Below, in pieces: positions 31,255 through 37,117 of a stretch of 37,117 nt of DNA (positions are counted from its first letter, which is position 1; each line of letters opens with the position of its first letter). The stretch is from Amoebophrya sp. A120 (Eukaryota > Protista > Dinoflagellata), in the NCBI GenBank assembly GCA_905178155.1, contig CAJINV010000029.1:64841-101957 (forward strand), written 5' to 3'. Made by a program: the position numbers and the translations under genes. The notes under the pieces were generated by a model. The model did no database searches, was not told where the DNA came from, and saw nothing but the letters and a program-made list of their open reading frames with translations.

Positions 31255-34200
31255 CTACGACCACTTTCCACCAAAACCAGAGCTTCCCACCTTCCGCTGC
31301 GGATTACTCTCCGTGCTAGAAGATTCACCAGACTCCGGCGATCGCTTAATCTTAGAAGGCAGAGGCGTTGTCTGGGTTTCGGTTTCGCTAGCTGACAGGG
31401 TCGTCGTGGTGGTGGTCTCCGGGGAAAATTTTAAACCGTTGGTCAAATGATTTTTTTCCTGTGGAGGTGTCCCGTTATTTCTACTGGTGAAGGTGGAACT
31501 ACTGCTGCTACCACACTTAGCCGATTGTTCGTCCGCCTTCAAACGACTAATTTCGACCGCTGCGTTCCACTCTTTCAGACAGAGCTCCGCCTGCGTTTCC
31601 ACGGCGACTAAAACCTTCGCAGCATGTTCTTGCGAGGACTGCTGCTGGTGGGGTGTATTTTTTTTCGCCTGGTCTTGTTTCAGCGCCCTCGTGGGGGTCG
31701 AGGTAGTCCCGACGTGCTGCAGTGTGTCAAACCCCGGCGGCGTCGAAGCAGGAAAAATAACTTGGGGGATTCTATCCATTGCAAATACGTTCGGGTCTGG
31801 AGGAATGCAAAGTTTGTCATGCTTCACAGAGATGTTGATGTTTGTTGTCGAATGCACCCAAAAGCATCACAACTTGCGCGAAAGCTTTCAAATGCTTTAC
31901 TCTTCGGCATGAGCAGTTCGCCTCTCGTGTGGAAAGGAATGAGCAGCATTTGCCGTTTATGCAACACAGATTTTTGCGCGATTCAGATTCAGCATGAAGA
32001 CAGGTTGCCATTTTTTTCAGACCCAGACACATTTGCAATCCATATATTCCAACCAGCGACAAAACCTCCGTTGTGCGGTTACAAAGCTCCGAACCGGGGG
32101 CAACGTAGAGGAGGTAGTTGATCGTGCTCGTTTCTGTTTTATTTTGTTCGGTAACGCCGAGAAAGTTGCGGAGGATGTTTGTTCCTGTAGTAGTTGCTGT
32201 TGTAGCTCCTGCTGTTCCACCTTCCACCACGTTCATGAGAATGAACAATCCGAGGTTCTGTCTGTGTCGCGGTTTCAAAATCAGCAGTCTCTCCCTGGTA
32301 TACACGGCAAATGCGTCTGGGTCATCTGGAACAAGACGTGCACCAACTTGTCATGCTGTCTTTCAAATTGTTTTAGAAAAATCTGTATTGCACGAACAGC
32401 AACAGGACGCTTCCAGTTTATGCTACGTGGGATTTTCTCATCTTCAAAAGGGCCCTTGGAAGCAATCTGTGATGCTAGCGCATACATCAACGGCCATGCA
32501 AAATGTGCATGACAATAAAACGTGGTTGCAATTTTCACCTAGATCCAGGCAACAACATATTGGCATTTGATAACTGCCGGAAACGACGATGGTATCGGTC
32601 ACCGCAAACACGATGTTGCACACGACACATTTATGCACTACAAAAGTACTCTCGCAGTCGTAGTAAGTGGAGCTGGAATTGCAGGCACGCATATACAGAT
32701 CTTTCTCTTAAAGTTCAAACCGCATTGCAAGTTTACGACTATATCTCATGCTGTTGTGGAAATTCAAATTGATTCTCATTCGATTCCTACTACGTCCTAC
32801 GATACTCTTGCACAGGATACCACTCGACTGACCGCAACTTGCGAGACCAGATTCTTTTCAGCGACCGAATGTTCGTGGGGTTATTCGGCTTGGACGCTCC
32901 TGCACGAGATTCCTCAAAGGCGATGCACAGTGCTCCGTCTTGTTGTCGTGTTAAGAAGAAACTCGGGTGGAGGGAAGTTATTTGATGCTTCACCGTTTTG
33001 GTTTCTTGCGTGGGGATGTTATTTTTTGCTGGTTCATCTACTTGCTTGTTTATTTCCTGACTCATTTTTCCCTGCTCGTGGACGAAGTTCTGCTTCTGCC
33101 CTTCGACAAATATTTCGTGGCACTTCACGGTCATGCGGCTGGCCCAGGAACATTCGAAGGGGAGCAGGAGTGCCGCAAGGCTATCCTGTGCAAAACTATC
33201 GTACTCGTAGTAATCGCAGTCATGCATGACAAATTCCTTTTTCGAGCGATTTCAGCATGAGAAATTCCATTTGTCATGCTGAGCCAATTTGTATTGCAAT
33301 ACTACGAACACGATACTTATGCGATGCATAAAGGCCCCGCACCGAAGGTGTGGACGCCTTGCCGGTACGAAACAGCCGCTCCGGTATCCAGTCTGAAAAT
33401 ACTTATGTCTGGGTCCTCTCTTGATGAAACCTGTGATGCTGCATTTCGCATGAATGCAACAGTTTCAATGGCAGCCAGGCATGACAAGCTTTTGTTCGGA
33501 ACTCGCTTTCTGATACGTATAATACACGCATGACAAATTGCGTTTCTGCATCATAAGGAAAGCTACCCACTTGCTGCTGATGCAACACAAATTTGGCAGG
33601 AAAAATACAAAACGCGCATTACAAGTTCCACCATGATTCCAGATCAAGACACATTTACAATGCATATCCGCGTCGGCACGCAAATTGTCCTTTTCTGAAT
33701 TTGGGAATAGGTAGGACGTGTCGGACAAGAGGCTCTGCAGCAGCTGTTCTTGGGCGGGAAAGAACGGCATTTCCTTCTTGAGTGAAGAACAACCGGCACC
33801 TGCTCCTGGGCGAGCGAAATCTTCTCCGCGTCGCGGAATATTTCGTTGAAACTGGAAGAATATACGATGCAAAAGCATCGTACTAGTACAAATTCTTGCA
33901 TATACAAATTAGCCCAGCATTACAAATTAAATTTGTAATGCTGAGTTACCTTGACAAAGAGATTTCGATTTGTGATGCATAACTGCAATTACTACGAGTA
34001 CGATACTTTTGCACAGGATAAGGAACTTCCCGACCAGGGATGTCGCACGGGACAAAACTTCTTCGAAAGGAGTTGCGAACGGGCGGCGAAGATCAAAGGC
34101 GGTTGTCTTTATTTCGGGCACGGAGAGCAGTTTCAGCTCTTCTAGTGCGGTGGAGGCAGGGTACGGTTGCGGTGCCACGGCCGTTTCGCTGATTGCCACC

Positions 34201-36568
34201 TCGACCTCTCTTGGGGGGCGACTCCTGCGAGCGTCTGCGGGGAGGACCAGCACCATTTTTTCAATGTCCACCACCAGATGTTTATGCAGTGCAAAGGCAT
34301 CGTACTCGTAGCAAAAATTGCAGTTATGCATTACAAATCCCTTTCTTCAAGGCAAATCAGCATTACAAATTTAATTTGTAACGCTGGACCAGTTTGTATT
34401 GCAATTTATAGATACAACTAGTTCGATACTTTTGCAATTCATAGTGTGATGTGTTCGCGAGCAGATCGCGGGGGAAATCTCGTCTTTTATCCGTGACGTG
34501 TGCCGCAATTGGTACCTTCTCTGGTATGGGACTCGCAATTGTTACATGCTCAACTGTTACATGAATTTGTAATGCAAGAACGGCGAAAGTGAAAGGGACA
34601 AGATTGCGCCTTTTGCATTACAGATTTGGCACAGATTTCCATGCTGTTTAGCCCTTTGGATGCTTGTCATGCGAAGCAGCTTAATCGTGGCGATCTTGGT
34701 GGTAAATTTGCATGGCAAATCATGTAACAGTTGAGAATGTAACAGTTGAGAATGTAACAGTTGAGAACGCCATATCTGGAACATCCTTCTTCTGCTCGCG
34801 TTCAACGATGTATCTGCCAACCGCCTGCGCCAACGCGGTTTGCTGGCCCGAATTGGCCACATCTTCCTCACGAAGCCGGAAGAGAATATTCAGTTCATCT
34901 CCCCGTGGTCCACCGTAGCGAAACACTGCGCCAAGTTGCATGTTGTCCAGAGTCTCGCAGCGCCACTCTTCTTGCTTTATCGGGTCCATCTCTACTTTGT
35001 CGCGGCAGTTGCGATAATAGCGGGCTCTGAAAACTCGGTCCATCCAAGGGAGCGAATGGAAGCTGCTCTCCAAATCGCGCGGAACCTCGAAAGTCACCGC
35101 GATTCGTCGTGCTCCCTTGTTGTCCTTAAATATGGTGTAGGACTGCGGTGTGGCAAGGCTGTCGAGTCCCCTCCTGTTCCCGACATGTAGCCAGAGAAAC
35201 GGGCATCAAGAGCAAAAGTGTCTGGGTCTGGAAACTTGCAATGCTGTGTTGGGAATAGTAGAGAATGCTCTGTAATGCACAGCCAAGCATGAGAAATATC
35301 TGCGCTGCTTTGTGTTGCGCTTTTCGCATGAGAAACTGCGTTTTTCTTTTTGCATGACAGGCAGAAGGGTCTCTTCATAGACACGCATCACAAACTTTTT
35401 TAATTTTATCATGCCAGACAAGCATGACAAATGTCGCAATCCTCCAGACCCAGACATTTTTGCATTTGATAACGGGCTGTGCAAGAGCTGGGCCTTCTTC
35501 TCGCCATTCGTGATGATGTCTGCCGGCGTTAAACCAGGGGTATGCGTCGGCATCGCATGGTAGTATCAAATGCAAAAACGTCTGGGTCTGGAAGTGAATA
35601 AAAGACGTCTCACGCAGGTTCAACATGACACATGAGGTCTGGAATGCAGGATCTAGCATGACGCATTCTGTGAAATCTGTATCATGCCTATCCTGCATGA
35701 GAAACTCACTCCCAACTTGGTCAAACGTGGACCGCTTTTGCTAATCATGCAACAGAAATTCTTGCATGATCCAAAATTAGCATGACAAGCTGTATCCTTT
35801 CAGACCCAGACATATTTGCATTTGATAGGTAGATGAGTCGCCCGATCTCGTCCGGCACATTGGCCTCCAGCGGAGAATATCAAATGTAAAAATGTCTGGG
35901 TCTGGAAAAATGCAAGATTTGTGATGCAGGTTTTCCATGACCCATGAGGTCTGGAATGCGAGACCCAGCATGACAGATTTTTTGAGGTCTCTATCGTGCC
36001 TTTCCTGCATGAGAAACTCCCTCTCAACTTGGTCAAAAGCGGACAGCCTTTGGTACTCACGCAACACAGATTTTTGCATCGTTCAGATTTAGCATCACAA
36101 GTTCCAATCTTCCAGACTCAGACATTTTTACAATTGATAGAGAAGCACCGCTTTCCCTTTTTTTCTTCTCAAAGCAAGTCATCGCGGTTTTCACCAGTAG
36201 TATAACCTGCTCAGGTATTACAATCTCAAACGTTGCAATAGAGTCTGGAATTTGTGTTGCAAGAAGTGCATGATCTACCCTACTCCCACAGGATTGCGCA
36301 TGACAAGTTCTGGAGTCCCAATCCGCATTACAATCTGGCGAAATTTGTATTGCAGAAAGTGGAATGCTGTCGGAGTCTGTCATGCTCATCCTGCAATACA
36401 AAACCCAGACTCTATAGTAACGTTTGAGATTGTAACGTTTGAGCGGGTCATAAGTAGTGCCTTGAGATTCTTCTTCGCCTTCGCAGAATCGCCGGACTGC
36501 TGTTCCAGGCGGTCGAACACCTCTTGGAGGCTTCTCCCGTTGAGGGGATTCAACATGTTGTAAGCCAC
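31255..36568 (-). CDS. Multi-exon hypothetical protein (~820 aa; start uncertain), 12 introner introns
   Basis: Exons 36568-36453, 36195-36140, 35872-35828, 35558-35472, 35198-34775, 34519-34444, 34277-34021, 33855-33667, 33379-33331, 33176-32820, 32626-32573, 32293-32045, 31767-31255 sum to 2472 nt, all 12 junctions in frame with no internal stop. Confidence 0.8.
31773..32044. mobile_element. Introner family A
   Basis: Family A TIRs; TSD GATTC/TATTC; frame restored. Confidence 0.85.
32299..32572. mobile_element. Introner family A (diverged)
   Basis: TAT...TTTGATA ends; TSD CCTGG/ACTGC; frame restored. Confidence 0.78.
32632..32819. mobile_element. Introner family B (diverged)
   Basis: TATGCACTACAAAAGTA...TACTCTTGCACAGGATA; TSD ACATT/CCACT; frame restored. 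Confidence 0.8.
33182..33330. mobile_element. Introner family B
   Basis: Family B TIRs; perfect TSD AAGGC; frame restored. Confidence 0.9.
33385..33666. mobile_element. Introner family A (diverged)
   Basis: TAT...GCATA ends; TSD TCCGG/TCCGC; frame restored. Confidence 0.8.
33861..34020. mobile_element. Introner family B
   Basis: Family B TIRs; TSD AAGAA/AGGAA; frame restored. Confidence 0.87.
34283..34443. mobile_element. Introner family B
   Basis: Family B TIRs; TSD ATGTT/GTGTG; frame restored. Confidence 0.85.
34525..34774. mobile_element. Introner family C
   Basis: Similar to 24351-24587; perfect TSD TCTGG; frame restored. Confidence 0.92.
35204..35471. mobile_element. Introner family A
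   Basis: Family A TIRs (left end CATC); perfect TSD ACGGG; frame restored. Confidence 0.9.
35564..35827. mobile_element. Introner family A
   Basis: Family A TIRs; perfect TSD GGTAG; frame restored. Confidence 0.92.
35878..36139. mobile_element. Introner family A
   Basis: Family A TIRs; perfect TSD GAGAA; frame restored. Confidence 0.92.
36201..36452. mobile_element. Introner, family C-related
   Basis: Long imperfect TIR (TATAACCTGCTCA...TTACAATCTCAAACGTTGCAATAGAGTCTGG and its inverse); perfect TSD AGTAG; frame restored. Confidence 0.9.
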
Positions 36569-37046
36569 GTCGGTATTATTAATTTCGGACCACGGGGCTG
36601 TAGTGGTTGTGCTTGTGCTGACCGGTTGTGGGTCGGTTGATGGTGCCCTGCTAACAGGGTGATGTAAAAAGTTGTTGGATGGAAAGAACCGGCGGTGGAG
36701 GTTTATCGAGAACCGGCAACACCAGATGGACCACGGGATTACTCGACGGTTATCTCTTGAGCTCTACCCAGCCCCGCGCGAAGGTCCGTCGAATTCGAAA
36801 TCGAGTGAACGCCGAATAATTATTCCCGTCTGTAATCTGTCGGGCTCGTCGTGACGGTGCCTGAAAGTGAGAGTAATCTTTTCAGTTTGTCATGCAGGAA
36901 AAAATACTTTGAGAAGGACAACGAGTTGTTCATGCAAAAGCACACAGATACAGGAACTCCAAAATCACATACTTATTACAAGTCGGCAGGTTATGTCGCC
37001 ACAGTGTGTCGATCAACGAGAATCAGGAAAGCGAGGGCCCGCGAAA

Positions 37047-37117
37047 CCGAGAAAGCCGAAAGGCCGAGAAAGCCGAGAAAGAGCCGAAAGGCCGAGAAAG
37101 AGCCGAAAGGCCGAGAA
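37047..37117 (+). repeat. Purine-rich minisatellite running off the window end
   Basis: Alternating GCCGAAAG and GCCGAGAAA(GA) units. Confidence 0.85.

Noticed and set aside
35777-36079. Short similar ORFs (QTQTFLHL, KMSGSG) recurring across the window as a protein family
   Set aside because: They are translations of family A TIRs and interiors, not genes.
7726-36452. CRISPR-like array from recurring GTCTGGGTCTGGAA repeats
   Set aside because: The repeats are inverted pairs bounding dispersed elements with TSDs, not direct repeats with spacers; no cas genes; eukaryotic context.

Overview
Eukaryotic genomic DNA. The non-canonical TIR-bounded introns and co-oriented genes suggest a syndinian dinoflagellate such as Amoebophrya; this is inference. 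(1) 1-7374 is a young, full-length Ty1/copia LTR retrotransposon. Its Gag is unusual (predicted transmembrane hairpin, CCCH fingers) and there is a frame break near 4583-4586. (2) Four large minus-strand genes of unknown function are interrupted by about 35 MITE-like elements of 150-360 bp from several TIR families. Nearly all begin TAT, end ATA and are flanked by 5-bp direct repeats. Deleting each element plus one repeat copy restores the reading frame at 31 of 32 coding junctions checked by hand, with elements in both orientations and mostly without GT-AG, so they behave as introner-type non-canonical introns. (3) A Pol III RNA cluster at 20.0-21.5 kb holds tRNA-Sec, U6, tRNA-Lys and a ~150-nt SRP RNA that appears to lack the Alu domain; three of the four share a 30-bp upstream promoter motif. 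All analysis was manual and no database searches were run.
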